Shown here in pieces: positions 43,010 through 53,643 of a stretch of DNA of 64,000 bases. The stretch comes from Bacteroidales bacterium (GTDB taxonomy: Bacteria; Bacteroidota; Bacteroidia; Bacteroidales; VadinHA17). The position numbers were made by a program, and so were the translations under genes. The stretch's first letter is position 1, and each line of letters opens with the position of its first letter. The notes beneath the pieces are model-generated. The model saw only the letters and a program-made list of their open reading frames with translations, was not told where the DNA came from and searched no databases. The stretch lies in contig JALONT010000009.1 of assembly GCA_025454795.1 (NCBI GenBank), positions 8,827 through 72,826 on the forward strand, written 5' to 3'.

Positions 43010-44839
43010 ATGATAAAGCGAAGTTTATTGATTTTTATGGTGATGGGATTCTTCATGGCATCGTCTTCCATAAATGCTCAGAAAGCCAAACATACATTTA
43101 AATTCAGCGCAACAGAATTTCTTCTTGATGATGAACCCTTTCAGATAATAAGCGGGGAGATGCATCCGGCAAGGATTGAAAAGGATTGCTGGAGGCAAAG
43201 GATTCAAATGGCGAAAGCAATGGGCTGCAATACGATATCAGCCTCTGTTTTCTGGAATTATCATGAATCAGAAGAGGGTCTTTTTGATTTTTCAACTGAG
43301 AACCGAAATATAGATGAATTCATTAAAACTGTTCAGGACGAAGATATGTGGCTTATCTTAAGGCCCGGTCCTTATGTTTGTGCAGAATGGGAACTGGGCG
43401 GAATTCCTCCCTATCTTCTAAGGATTCCTGATATTAAGCTCAGGTGTATGGATCCGCGATATATGGCTGCTGCTGAGCGATATATTGTAAGGCTTGCGGA
43501 AGAGATCAGACCCTGGCTGGTTACAAAAGGCGGACCAATTCTCATGATCCAGATCGAAAATGAATACGGAAGTTTTGGAAATGACCGTAATTACATGATA
43601 AACCTTAAGGAAGTCTGGGCTGCAAATGGTATTGATGTACCAACCTTTACCGGAGATGGTACTACAACTTCCATGCTTGAAGCTGGCACACTTCCGGGCA
43701 GCGCAGTAGGACTAGATTCCGGAGGTTCACCTGACGATTTTGAACTCGCTGCAAAGATAAACCCCGGAGTACCCATATTCAGCAGCGAGACTTACCCCGG
43801 ATGGCTTACTCACTGGGGAGAAAAGTGGGCACGTCCGGATACCGCAGAGCTACTGAAAGAGGTTAAGTTCCTCATGGACAATAAGAAGTCATTCAATCTG
43901 TATGTGATTCATGGCGGTACAAATTTCGGTTTTACTGCAGGGGCCAACTCCGGCAGCAAAGAGTATGAGCCGGATGTGACAAGCTACGACTATGATGCCC
44001 CGATAAATGAGCAAGGCTGGGTAACACCCAAATACCTGGCTTTGAGAAATCTGATCGGTTCATACCTCCCAAAAGGTGTCAGAAAATTGCCCAAAATTCC
44101 GGATCCTGTCCCGGCGATCGAAATACCGTTATTTTTCCCTGAAAGGTTTACATCAATCTGGGATAATCTGCCCCTGCCCGTTGAATCTGAAACAACAAAG
44201 ACATTTGAAGATTTAGGTCAGGATTATGGATTAATGCTGTACAAAACTGAACTTACCGGACATAAAGCCGGGAAACTCATTGTCAGCGATATACATGATT
44301 ATGCAACAATTTTTCTGAATGGTGAATATACCGGATTTCTGGACAGGAGAGAGGGTATAAATACTTTAGAGCTTCCCGACAGCAATATCCCGAATCCCGT
44401 TCTTGAGATCCTTGTGGAAGGCATGGGACGCATAAATTTTGGCCGGAATCTTATCGACAGAAAAGGTATTACTGGCAGTGTTACAATCAATGGCACGACC
44501 ATTATGAACTGGAAATTATATAAGCTCCCGATGGATAAGAAATTCATTTATAACCTGCGTTCTTCGGGAAGGGTAGTCAATAAGCAGGGTGTTTTCTTCA
44601 GAGGACTCTTTTCCCTCGCATATACAGGTGATACATATTTTGACCTCTCAAATTATACGAAGGGTATTGTTTGGGTTAATGGACATAATCTTGGACGTTA
44701 CTGGGAAATAGGTCCACAGAAGCGTCTATTCTGCCCTTCATCCTTTATCAAACCGGGATTGAATGAGATTCTGATTCTTGATCTCCGCGTTACAGATGCC
44801 AGACCCGTAAGGGGTATGACATCAATGGAAGGGAACTGA
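43010..44839 (+). CDS. Beta-galactosidase, glycoside hydrolase family 35
   Basis: Signal peptide. Motifs FQIISGEMHPARI, GPYVCAEWELGGIP and QIENEYGSF (catalytic acid/base region). Confidence 0.85.
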   Translation: MIKRSLLIFMVMGFFMASSSINAQKAKHTFKFSATEFLLDDEPFQIISGEMHPARIEKDCWRQRIQMAKAMGCNTISASVFWNYHESEEGLFDFSTENRNIDEFIKTVQDEDMWLILRPGPYVCAEWELGGIPPYLLRIPDIKLRCMDPRYMAAAERYIVRLAEEIRPWLVTKGGPILMIQIENEYGSFGNDRNYMINLKEVWAANGIDVPTFTGDGTTTSMLEAGTLPGSAVGLDSGGSPDDFELAAKINPGVPIFSSETYPGWLTHWGEKWARPDTAELLKEVKFLMDNKKSFNLYVIHGGTNFGFTAGANSGSKEYEPDVTSYDYDAPINEQGWVTPKYLALRNLIGSYLPKGVRKLPKIPDPVPAIEIPLFFPERFTSIWDNLPLPVESETTKTFEDLGQDYGLMLYKTELTGHKAGKLIVSDIHDYATIFLNGEYTGFLDRREGINTLELPDSNIPNPVLEILVEGMGRINFGRNLIDRKGITGSVTINGTTIMNWKLYKLPMDKKFIYNLRSSGRVVNKQGVFFRGLFSLAYTGDTYFDLSNYTKGIVWVNGHNLGRYWEIGPQKRLFCPSSFIKPGLNEILILDLRVTDARPVRGMTSMEGN

Positions 44840-44875
44840 AAGTAAAGAGACTGAAAGACATTTTATCAAGAAATC

Positions 44876-46180
44876 ATGAGTGAAGCAGAAAATAAAATCG
44901 GCCATTATCGCTACAGGATTCTGGCATTAGTGTTCATGGCAACAACAATCAACTATTTTGACCGAAGTATTGTCGGGGTAATGGCCCCGACATTACAGAA
45001 ACTTTTCGACTGGTCAAATAAGGATTATGCAAACATAATGATCTCCTTCAAAATTGCTTATGGAATAGGATTACTGTTCGTGGGTGGCATAATTGACAGG
45101 CTTGGGACTAAATTAGGATATACTATTTCAATTGCAGTGTGGAGTTTCTTTGGAATGCTGCATGCTGCAATAAGACCGGCCTTTAGCTTAATCGGGTTTA
45201 TTGTAGCCCGTTTCGGATTAGGAATTGGTGAATCGGGAAATTTTCCTGCTGCAATTAAAACAGTTGCTGAGTGGTTTCCAAAAAAGGACAGGGCTTTTGC
45301 TACAGGTATCTTTGACGCATCCACCAGCGTCGGGGCAATTTTAGCCCCGTTCGTTGTCGGTGCTATTGTTTCCGTCGAAGGAGCTAACTGGCAGATACCT
45401 TTCCTTATTACCGGTGTGTTAAGTTCTCTATGGGTGGTATTATGGTGGAAAACCTATAGAAAACCTGAGTTTCATCCAAAATTGTCAAAAGAGGAGTTAG
45501 TTTATATCAACAGCGATTCTGAAAAAGAGACTGAAGAAAAAATTCCCTGGCTTAAACTTTTCCCTAAAAGAGAAACCTGGGCTTTTGCTTTAACTACTGT
45601 AACTGATGGCGTATGGTGGTTCTATCTTTTCTGGGGTGCAAAATTCCTTTTCGAACAGTTCGGTGTGGACATTAATAATATAGGTCTTCCTTTTCTGGTT
45701 ATTTTTATTATGGCAGACGCCGGAAGCCTCCTTGGGGGACTTGCTTCAGGTGCATTAATAAAAAAAGGATGGTCAATAAACAGAGCCAGAAAAACCACTT
45801 TGCTTATTAATGCTATTATTATTCTGCCAGTAGCCCTGGTCCCTGTAATGACAATTAAATGGATTGCAGTATTTTTGATTGGGCTGGGCGCTATGGGACA
45901 TCAGTCATGGTCGATTAACAGCTATACTCTGGTCCCCGATGTTTTCCCCAAAAAAGCGACTGCTTCAGTCATAGGAATCGGGAAAATGGTCGGTGTAGCA
46001 GTTGCAATTATGGCTGATATAGCTCTTGGCGCAGTTTTGGACACAGCAAATAATTCAGGGTATTTCTGGGCATTTATAATAGCCGGTTTCTCTTATATCC
46101 TTATTTTGGGTTTTGTACACCTGCTTATGCCAAAAATGACTCCTCTGGATGATAATTTGAATTATGTTAATCCAAAATAG
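44876..46180 (+). CDS. MFS transporter, hexuronate/sugar-acid (ExuT-like) family
   Basis: 434 aa, 12 TM helices. DRS...G motif and FGLGIGESGNFPAAIKTVAEWFPKKDRA. It is a paralogue of the transporter at 50725..52023. Confidence 0.8.
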   Translation: MSEAENKIGHYRYRILALVFMATTINYFDRSIVGVMAPTLQKLFDWSNKDYANIMISFKIAYGIGLLFVGGIIDRLGTKLGYTISIAVWSFFGMLHAAIRPAFSLIGFIVARFGLGIGESGNFPAAIKTVAEWFPKKDRAFATGIFDASTSVGAILAPFVVGAIVSVEGANWQIPFLITGVLSSLWVVLWWKTYRKPEFHPKLSKEELVYINSDSEKETEEKIPWLKLFPKRETWAFALTTVTDGVWWFYLFWGAKFLFEQFGVDINNIGLPFLVIFIMADAGSLLGGLASGALIKKGWSINRARKTTLLINAIIILPVALVPVMTIKWIAVFLIGLGAMGHQSWSINSYTLVPDVFPKKATASVIGIGKMVGVAVAIMADIALGAVLDTANNSGYFWAFIIAGFSYILILGFVHLLMPKMTPLDDNLNYVNPK

Positions 46181-46274
46181 TTTATTAATCTGCTGTTTAA
46201 TTCTCAACCTGGAGCAATTAGTTTGTTTACCGGTAATGCTTTAAAGTAAGAAAGGATATTTTAAAAAATATAAT

Positions 46275-47003
46275 ATGATGGAAATAATAATCTCAGAAAC
46301 CAAGCAGGATCTTGGTAAGAAGGCTTCCAAAAAGGGTGCCGGGCTAATTCGTAAAGCTATACTTGAGAGGGGAGAGGCAAATATCATTGTTGCTACCGGG
46401 GCATCACAGTTCGAAATGTTAAAAGAGCTTGTAAAGGAGGACATTAACTGGTCCCTGGTAACAGGCTTTCATCTGGATGAATATATAGGAATATCAGAAA
46501 TGCACCCGGCTTCATTTCGTAAATACCTTAAAGAACGATTTGCGGATATGGTACCGTTAAAGGAGTTTAATTATGTTAATGGCAGCACTGATCCTGATGC
46601 AGAATGTATCCGTTTAGGGAAGTTAATAAGTAAACATCCGGTAGATGTCGCTTTTGTTGGTATTGGGGAAAACAGCCATCTGGCTTTTAACGATCCCCCG
46701 GCAGATTTTGAAACAGAAGCATCTTATCTTGTTGTAACACTGGATGCAGAGTGCCGTCGTCAGCAGCTTGGTGAAGGCTGGTTTCCTACGATAAAAGATG
46801 TTCCGGAGAAGGCAATCAGTATGTCGATAAAACAAATCATGAAATCGAAAGCCATTATTTGCAGCGTTCCTGATTTACGGAAAGCTGAAGCTGTTAAAAA
46901 GACGGTCAAAGGTTCAATAACACCGGCAATTCCTGCATCAGTTATGCGGCGGCATGAAGCTGCATGGCTTTATCTTGATAAAGATTCAGCCTCATTGTTA
47001 TAA
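46275..47003 (+). CDS. Glucosamine-6-phosphate deaminase / 6-phosphogluconolactonase family protein (NagB-like)
   Basis: 242 aa. Motifs ATGASQ, FHLDEY and [13 protein letters not shown]. Confidence 0.75.
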   Translation: MMEIIISETKQDLGKKASKKGAGLIRKAILERGEANIIVATGASQFEMLKELVKEDINWSLVTGFHLDEYIGISEMHPASFRKYLKERFADMVPLKEFNYVNGSTDPDAECIRLGKLISKHPVDVAFVGIGENSHLAFNDPPADFETEASYLVVTLDAECRRQQLGEGWFPTIKDVPEKAISMSIKQIMKSKAIICSVPDLRKAEAVKKTVKGSITPAIPASVMRRHEAAWLYLDKDSASLL

Positions 47004-47064
47004 TAATACTTGACCTGTAATTATCGAAATTCAGTCTTCTTTAATTATTAACAGATATATAATT

Positions 47065-48243
47065 ATGTACAGAAGAATCTTAGTTCTTTTATTGCTGGGA
47101 ACAGCAGCCTTCAGCTTTCACCCGCAGTTAAACTCAAAAAGGCAACAGGAAGCAAAGTGGTCAGTAAAAATAGCAAATACGGTTCTGTCCTCATCAGACA
47201 GCCTGATACATTATGTGTCAGGAGATCCAAAATGGGCTTATGATGTCGCTTTCCTTGGGATGGCAATAGACAGGCTCGGAGATATTGACCCTAAGTATTC
47301 AAAGTACATGGAAAACTGGGTGAATTATTTTGTTCATCCTGATGGTTCAATTACCGATTACAGGCTCAGTGAATATAACCTTGACAGAATTTTTCCCGGC
47401 AGAAACTTAATCACTGTCTATAAAAGGTACCCTGATAAAAAATATAAAATTGCTCTGGATAATTTTATTGAACAATTAAAAACACATCCCAAAACAAACT
47501 CGGGAGGTTATTGGCACAAGAAAATCTACCCCTGGCAAATGTGGCTTGACGGTATATTCATGGCATCAACCTATATGGCTCAGTATGCCAAAGAATTTAA
47601 TGCACCTGAATGGTTTGATGTTTCGACTGCCCAGACAAAAATGATCTATGAAAGGACTCTTGATCCGGCATCAGGATTACTTATGCATGCATGGAACGAG
47701 AGCCATCAGCAGAAATGGTGCGATCCGGCAACAGGTCAGTCTCACTATCCATGGAGTCGCGCAATGGGATGGTATACAATGGCAATACTGGATATCCTGG
47801 ACTACCTGCCAGCTGATCATCCCGACAGAGATGATCTGATAACTATTCTTCAGAAGACCTGCGATGCGCTTGTAAAAGTACGAGATCCAAAATCCGGAAT
47901 ATGGTACCAGGTTCTGAATTATGGCGGAAAAGAAGGCAATTACCTTGAAGGATCAGGATCTGCTATGTATATTTATGTTTTTGCGAAGGGAGCACGTCTG
48001 GGATTCCTTGATAAAAAGTACCGTGATATTTCAAACAGTGCTTTCGATGGCTTTATAAAAGAACTTGTAACTGTTGATGAGAAGGGAATGGTTACAATAC
48101 ACGACATATGCGGAGGATGCGGTCTTGGAGGTAATCCGTACCGTGATGGCAGTTATGAGTATTACATTAATGAAAAACGGTTTGATAACGACACCAAGGG
48201 TGTTGCACCGTTTATACTTGCGGCAATAGAACTAGACAGGTAA
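47065..48243 (+). CDS. Unsaturated rhamnogalacturonyl/glucuronyl hydrolase (GH105/GH88 family)
   Basis: Signal peptide. Motifs YWHKKIYPWQMWLDGIFMA and WSRAMGWY, typical of the YteR/GH105 (alpha/alpha)6 barrel. Confidence 0.8.
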   Translation: MYRRILVLLLLGTAAFSFHPQLNSKRQQEAKWSVKIANTVLSSSDSLIHYVSGDPKWAYDVAFLGMAIDRLGDIDPKYSKYMENWVNYFVHPDGSITDYRLSEYNLDRIFPGRNLITVYKRYPDKKYKIALDNFIEQLKTHPKTNSGGYWHKKIYPWQMWLDGIFMASTYMAQYAKEFNAPEWFDVSTAQTKMIYERTLDPASGLLMHAWNESHQQKWCDPATGQSHYPWSRAMGWYTMAILDILDYLPADHPDRDDLITILQKTCDALVKVRDPKSGIWYQVLNYGGKEGNYLEGSGSAMYIYVFAKGARLGFLDKKYRDISNSAFDGFIKELVTVDEKGMVTIHDICGGCGLGGNPYRDGSYEYYINEKRFDNDTKGVAPFILAAIELDR

Positions 48244-48290
48244 CCGCTGGCGAAGATAAATCCGCGCCAGCGTATAGGACATAAACCTGA

Positions 48291-49544
48291 CTATTTAATA
48301 TTAAATAATCTGCAAATGTGTCTGTCATACATATTTTCGTAAACACACTCAGCCACAATATTTTCATTAGCTTCCAGCAGTTTGAAATATTCGTCCATTT
48401 GAAGGGCGGCCAACTTATAAGCCACATGTACCAATTGCCTCATATTGGGATTATAATCTGGATTACCAGGCACATTTCTGAGGGCACCGGCAAATTTTTT
48501 ACTGTTCCAGCCTGATATAACTTCTTTTGAAGGAAGCTTTGAAATGTTAATATCAATAACGTCAGCATATGGAGCACATAGTTCTTCAGTTTTTTCAAGC
48601 GACTTAATATAAATATCCTTTACAAATCTGAGCGCGTCACCACCCGATTCAGCCAGCCCAATAACCTCCTCGAGCCATGTTGTGCCTGCGGTTTTAAGAT
48701 GGATACCTTTATTGTGTTTCTTTACAATTGATCCGATATGTGGATAAATGGCAAATTTATCTGAACCGGAATGGATGCTCATTTTAAGGTTTTCCGGCAG
48801 TCCGAACTCCTTAACAGCAAAGTCTATAACCATAAGGTCCGATTCAAATTCTATAGCAAACTTCTCAGGATCGCCTACATAATCAACTCCCTTGTTAAAC
48901 CTTCCTGAGAATTTTGGAGCTATAGTCTGAACAGGTATATTTTCTTCACCAAGCATTTTAAGAATGAAAAAGAGCTCCACAGGAGTTTGGGGATGAGGAA
49001 CTTCATCCATAGAAACTTCGGTGATAAAATTTCCACTGCCCTTGATTTTTTCAATTTTTCTGTAAATCTCCCAGGCTTTGATTGCAGCAAACAGATACTT
49101 ATCAGCTGTATCTTTTATCTGGTGTTGTGTGACTGTAAAAGGTTTTTTTATACCCGGGATATGTAATTCACCGGTATATTTTTCGGCAACTGCAGTAAAT
49201 GCTTTAATCTCATCATCATCAGCTTTCTTGCCAATATATGATGCAACATCAATTGTAAAGAAATCAGAACTTTCAATGAACCTGTCTACCGTATCGAGAT
49301 TAATATGATCAGCATCAACGAAATATGGCATTTTAAACCCTGCCTTCTTAGTAGCTGAATCTGCCTCTTTTCTGACATCCTGTGGTTGTGTACCGATAGT
49401 ATTATGTTCCCTGTTAGATTTGTTCCAGACGGGGGTTATTTCGATGCCCTTCTTACCGGCTTCGATAATTGCTTTAAGCTGGGCTATGCCCTGATGGCCG
49501 AATCTGTCACCCATCCCAAATGAATATTTTCCTAGTTTTTTCAT
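48291..49544 (-). CDS. uxaE: Tagaturonate/fructuronate epimerase (UxaE-like)
   Basis: 417 aa. The N-terminal SFGMGDRFGHQG pattern and overall size match my recollection of the Thermotoga UxaE family. The hexuronate context supports the call. Confidence 0.6.
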   Translation of the reverse strand: MKKLGKYSFGMGDRFGHQGIAQLKAIIEAGKKGIEITPVWNKSNREHNTIGTQPQDVRKEADSATKKAGFKMPYFVDADHINLDTVDRFIESSDFFTIDVASYIGKKADDDEIKAFTAVAEKYTGELHIPGIKKPFTVTQHQIKDTADKYLFAAIKAWEIYRKIEKIKGSGNFITEVSMDEVPHPQTPVELFFILKMLGEENIPVQTIAPKFSGRFNKGVDYVGDPEKFAIEFESDLMVIDFAVKEFGLPENLKMSIHSGSDKFAIYPHIGSIVKKHNKGIHLKTAGTTWLEEVIGLAESGGDALRFVKDIYIKSLEKTEELCAPYADVIDINISKLPSKEVISGWNSKKFAGALRNVPGNPDYNPNMRQLVHVAYKLAALQMDEYFKLLEANENIVAECVYENMYDRHICRLFNIK

Positions 49545-49574
49545 ATTTGTAATTTCATAATTGTCAGTTTAATA

Positions 49575-50630
49575 CTATAGAAAAAAATTAACGTTTTCCG
49601 AAGTTACAACATCTACAGGCAGATATTCTATCTTTTCAGGAACCTTATTTAACGAAAGATAATCAAAAAGTTTTTTTACCCCCTTATATGTCTGCTCTTC
49701 AGGTCTTTGACCTATAAGAAACTTAATAATACCTGATTTCAGATAACCTACATTCTGTTCATGAATGTCGTATCCGACAATATTTATCGACCTGATCCCC
49801 TCAGTAGCTATAAAATCGGCTATTTTATAAGATTTTGAACCTGAGATGAAAATAGTTGCTATGTCAGGATTCTTATTAAGCACTTTATAAATTGCTTTTC
49901 TGATCTTTTCGCGTACAGGATCAGAAATACTCAGATTTATTTTTTTCCTGCAGGTTCTACCTGATTCGGGAAAAAAGCTAAGAAATCCCTCAATTCTTTT
50001 GTTAAGGTGATGAACATTCTGAAGATTCCTGGCTATATTAATTATAAGTATATCTTTTTTTTCAGGTGTGACCATATCGGTCAGCTGTCCTGCAACCCTT
50101 CCGCTCTGGAAAATGTCCTCTCCGGTATAAGAAAGGAACTGAGTCTCTCTTAAATAACCATCGACAAATACGAATGGTATATTTTTTTTTGTCAGGCTGT
50201 TGCAGAAAGTAATAGATTCTGAAGTAAATATAGGTGCAAGGAGGACTCCGTCCGGATGTACGGACAATACCTTAGATGTCTTATTCTGGAAATCAATCTC
50301 ATCTGTCAGGTCGAAGGTGATCTGGTTTAGCATGACGGGAAATGGATCAAGTTCATTCATCGCCTTTTGTATTCCCTGGGGATGTTTTTTCCAGAAGGCA
50401 CTCTCATCAGTTGGTTCAGGAAGAAGAGAAACAAGGTTTATCTTCTTTCTTGTTTTTAGAGCCTGAGCAATAAAATTGGGTGAATAGTCGAGGTCCCTGG
50501 CTATCTTTGTTACCTTTTCCCTCGTCTTTTTCGCCACTTCCCCCCGTTTATGCAATACCCTGTCGACTGTACCGATGGAGACACCAGCAAGTAATGCGAT
50601 ATCTTTTATTCTTGCTTTCTTTGGAGTCAT
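49575..50630 (-). CDS. LacI-family transcriptional regulator
   Basis: N-terminal HTH IKDIALLAGVSIGTVDRVLH plus a periplasmic-binding-protein-like sugar-binding domain. Confidence 0.85.
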   Translation of the reverse strand: MTPKKARIKDIALLAGVSIGTVDRVLHKRGEVAKKTREKVTKIARDLDYSPNFIAQALKTRKKINLVSLLPEPTDESAFWKKHPQGIQKAMNELDPFPVMLNQITFDLTDEIDFQNKTSKVLSVHPDGVLLAPIFTSESITFCNSLTKKNIPFVFVDGYLRETQFLSYTGEDIFQSGRVAGQLTDMVTPEKKDILIINIARNLQNVHHLNKRIEGFLSFFPESGRTCRKKINLSISDPVREKIRKAIYKVLNKNPDIATIFISGSKSYKIADFIATEGIRSINIVGYDIHEQNVGYLKSGIIKFLIGQRPEEQTYKGVKKLFDYLSLNKVPEKIEYLPVDVVTSENVNFFL

Positions 50631-50724
50631 ATGAAAAAAATTGATTGCAAATATCCGCCATCTCCTTAATTGCAGGAGATAGCGGACATATGCATATCAT
50701 TTGGTTTTGTTTGCACAAAACGGA

Positions 50725-52023
50725 TTATTCAAGGATTACTTTTTTATTCTTTGGTGCAAAAACTGTCATTATGGTCCAGGCAAGTAGATAAGCACTTCCT
50801 GCGATAGCAAACATCACCACATAACCGGTTTCAATACGTCCCAGATCTTTAAAATGCTGGATTATACCGCCTGCTATATAAGAAATAAAGGCACCACCTA
50901 AAGCACCCGCCATCCCACCAATTCCGGTAACTGAGCTGACAGCTTTCTTAGGAAAGGCATCAGAAACAGTTGTAAAAATGTTGGCAGACCAGGCCTGGTG
51001 CGATGATGCTGCAAGAGCAATCAGGCAGACTGCACCCCATGTGCTCACTGATGGTGATTGGGCAAAAATTATTGGAACGACAAGCAGTGCAAAGATCAGC
51101 ATTGTTATTTTTCTGGCCTTGAAAGGCGACATACCCTTCCTGATCATATATCCAGAAACCCATCCTCCTCCAATGCTCCCGACAGTTGTCATAGTATATA
51201 TAAAGGCAAGTGGTAATCCGAATGATTTGACATCAAGACCTGTTCCTCTGACAGTTGAGAGCCATCCGGGGATCCAGAAAAGGTAAAACCACCATATCGG
51301 ATCAGTAAGACCTTTACCGATAAAGAAAAGCCATGTCTGACGATAACTGAGAAGCTTCAGCCATGGAACTTTTTCTTTAGTTTCCGCCTGTTCATCAGCA
51401 TCGCTATGTATATAAGCAAGTTCACCCGCCGAAATCTTTTTGTGCTTCTCAGGTATTTCATAAAAGATAAACCAGAGGATTACCCAGATAAATCCTATCG
51501 CTCCTGTAATTATAAATGCAGCCTGCCAGCCCCATGCAACGACCATAGCAGGAATAGCCAGTGGTGCAACAATGGCACCAACATTTGTCCCGGAGTTGAA
51601 TATACCGGTGGCCAAAGCTCTTTCTTTCTTTGGAAACCATTCTGCTATTGATTTAATTGCAGCAGGAAAGTTACCGGCTTCACTTATACCAAGAAATCCT
51701 CTCCAGAAACCGAAACCCAATACTCCTTTTGCAAGAGCATGACCCATGGCAGCAATGCTCCATAATATAACGGAAAGCCCATACCCTAATTTTGTTCCGA
51801 ATTTATCGATCAGCTTTCCGGCAATGACCATTCCGATCCCATATAAGAGCTGGAAAGCCATAATAATGTGCGAGTACTGTTTCTCACCGATGCCTAGATC
51901 AGATTCCAGAAGGGGTTTGAGGATCCCTATTACCTGCCTGTCGAGGTAGTTCACTGTCGTTGCAAAGAAAATCAGAGCGCAGACAGTCCATCTGTAGTTG
52001 CTGAATTTTTGTGTTTCTGACAT
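50725..52023 (-). CDS. exuT: MFS hexuronate transporter (ExuT-like)
   Basis: 432 aa, 12 TM helices, FLGISEAGNFPAAIKSIAEWFPKKERA. Confidence 0.75.
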   Translation of the reverse strand: MSETQKFSNYRWTVCALIFFATTVNYLDRQVIGILKPLLESDLGIGEKQYSHIIMAFQLLYGIGMVIAGKLIDKFGTKLGYGLSVILWSIAAMGHALAKGVLGFGFWRGFLGISEAGNFPAAIKSIAEWFPKKERALATGIFNSGTNVGAIVAPLAIPAMVVAWGWQAAFIITGAIGFIWVILWFIFYEIPEKHKKISAGELAYIHSDADEQAETKEKVPWLKLLSYRQTWLFFIGKGLTDPIWWFYLFWIPGWLSTVRGTGLDVKSFGLPLAFIYTMTTVGSIGGGWVSGYMIRKGMSPFKARKITMLIFALLVVPIIFAQSPSVSTWGAVCLIALAASSHQAWSANIFTTVSDAFPKKAVSSVTGIGGMAGALGGAFISYIAGGIIQHFKDLGRIETGYVVMFAIAGSAYLLAWTIMTVFAPKNKKVILE

Positions 52024-52044
52024 AATTTATTGTTTGGTTAGTAA

Positions 52045-53499
52045 TTATATATTGTATGTTGACGAAGATGTTGTTCCTCCTCTTCCGGTCCAGTTGGTAT
52101 GAAAGAATTCACCCCTTGGTTTGTCAAGCCTTTCATAAGTATGTGCACCAAAGTAATCTCTCTGAGCCTGAAGCAGGTTTGCAGGCAGTTTCTCGCAACG
52201 GTAACCGTCATAATACCCGAGTGCTGCAGAAATTGCCGGTACAGGAATCCCATTTAGAACAGCAGCCGACACAACATTCCTCCATCCTCTCTGTGCTTCC
52301 TCGACCTTGCCTTTAAAGAATGGATCCAGCAGAAGATTGGTAAGTGAAGGATTGCTGTCATAAGCCTCTTTTATCTTTCCAAGGAAAGCAGACCTGATTA
52401 TACAGCCGCCTCTCCACAAAAGTGCAATACCTCCATAGTTGAGATCCCATTTATACTCAAGGGCGGCAGCTTTCATAAGCGCATAACCCTGAGCGTATGA
52501 TACAATCTTTGAAGCATATAGTGCATCCTTCAGATCGGTTATGAAATTGACCTTATCGCTTCTCAGACTGGGAACAGGTCCTTGCAATATTTTTGAAGCT
52601 TGCACTCTCTCTTCCTTTACGGCTGAAATGCATCTGGAAAATACTGCTTCCCCTATAAGAGTCAGCGGAATACCCAGGTCAAGAGCTGATACAGCTGTCC
52701 ACTTGCCTGTTCCTTTTTGTCCTGCAGTATCCAGTATCTTGTCAACCATTGGCTTTCCATCAGTATCTTTAAAGGCAAGAATATCCCTTGTTATTTCGAT
52801 AAGATAACTGTCAAGGTCTCCTTTGTTCCAGTTCTCAAATACAAGGTGCATTTCACCGGCACTCATGTGTAAAAGATCTCTCATTAACTGGTAGACTTCA
52901 CTGATGAGCTGCATATCGCCATATTCGATACCATTGTGAATCATCTTTACAAAATGACCTGCACCATTCTCACCAACCCAGTCACAGCATGGTGTGCCAT
53001 CTTCAACCTTTGCAGCTATTGCCTGGAATATTGGCTTAAAAGAAGGCCATGCAGCTTTTGATCCCCCGGGCATAATCGAAGGACCAAGCAATGCACCCTC
53101 TTCTCCACCCGATACTCCTGTACCGATATAAAGAAGACCCTTGCTCTCTACAAATGCGGTCCTCCTGTTTGTGTCAGGAAAATGAGTATTCCCGCCGTCG
53201 ATTATTATATCCCCTTTTTCAAGATGGGGGACAAGCGTGTTAATCATGTCGTCAACAGCGTTACCGGCTTTTACCATAATCATAATCTTCCTGGGAGTCG
53301 CAAGGGACTTCACCAGTTCTTCAATTGAATAAGTCCCTTTTATGTTTTTACCTTTTGCCCTTCCGGCAAGAAAATCATCCACCTTCACGGTGGTTCTGTT
53401 AAAAACGGATACCTGGAAACCTTTGCTCTCCATATTCAGAACAAGATTCTCTCCCATAACCGCCAACCCGATTAATCCAATATCTGATAATTTGTTCAT
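52045..53499 (-). CDS. gnd: 6-phosphogluconate dehydrogenase (decarboxylating)
   Basis: 484 aa. Motifs GLIGLAVMGENL, GGNTHF, HFVKMIHNGIEYGDMQLI and QAQRDYFGAHTYER. Confidence 0.9.
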   Translation of the reverse strand: MNKLSDIGLIGLAVMGENLVLNMESKGFQVSVFNRTTVKVDDFLAGRAKGKNIKGTYSIEELVKSLATPRKIMIMVKAGNAVDDMINTLVPHLEKGDIIIDGGNTHFPDTNRRTAFVESKGLLYIGTGVSGGEEGALLGPSIMPGGSKAAWPSFKPIFQAIAAKVEDGTPCCDWVGENGAGHFVKMIHNGIEYGDMQLISEVYQLMRDLLHMSAGEMHLVFENWNKGDLDSYLIEITRDILAFKDTDGKPMVDKILDTAGQKGTGKWTAVSALDLGIPLTLIGEAVFSRCISAVKEERVQASKILQGPVPSLRSDKVNFITDLKDALYASKIVSYAQGYALMKAAALEYKWDLNYGGIALLWRGGCIIRSAFLGKIKEAYDSNPSLTNLLLDPFFKGKVEEAQRGWRNVVSAAVLNGIPVPAISAALGYYDGYRCEKLPANLLQAQRDYFGAHTYERLDKPRGEFFHTNWTGRGGTTSSSTYNI

Positions 53500-53520
53500 A
53501 ATTAAGTAGTTATATTAATT

Positions 53521-53643
53521 GTTGCTTGTTACTTGTTACTTGTTACTTGTTACTTGTTGCTAGGTGCTAGGTGCTAGTTCCATGTTGCTTGGTACCAGGT
53601 GCTATTACTGAATTTTAATACCAGTACCCAGTACCCAGCACCC
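53521..53643. repeat. Composite heptamer element: 12 consecutive GKTRCTW heptads (GTTACTT x4, GGTGCTA x3 ...), spacer, CCAGTAC/CCAGCAC x3
   Basis: Read directly. Heptads run 53521..53604 and 53621..53643. The element ends at the stop codon of the upstream gene. Confidence 0.95.
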
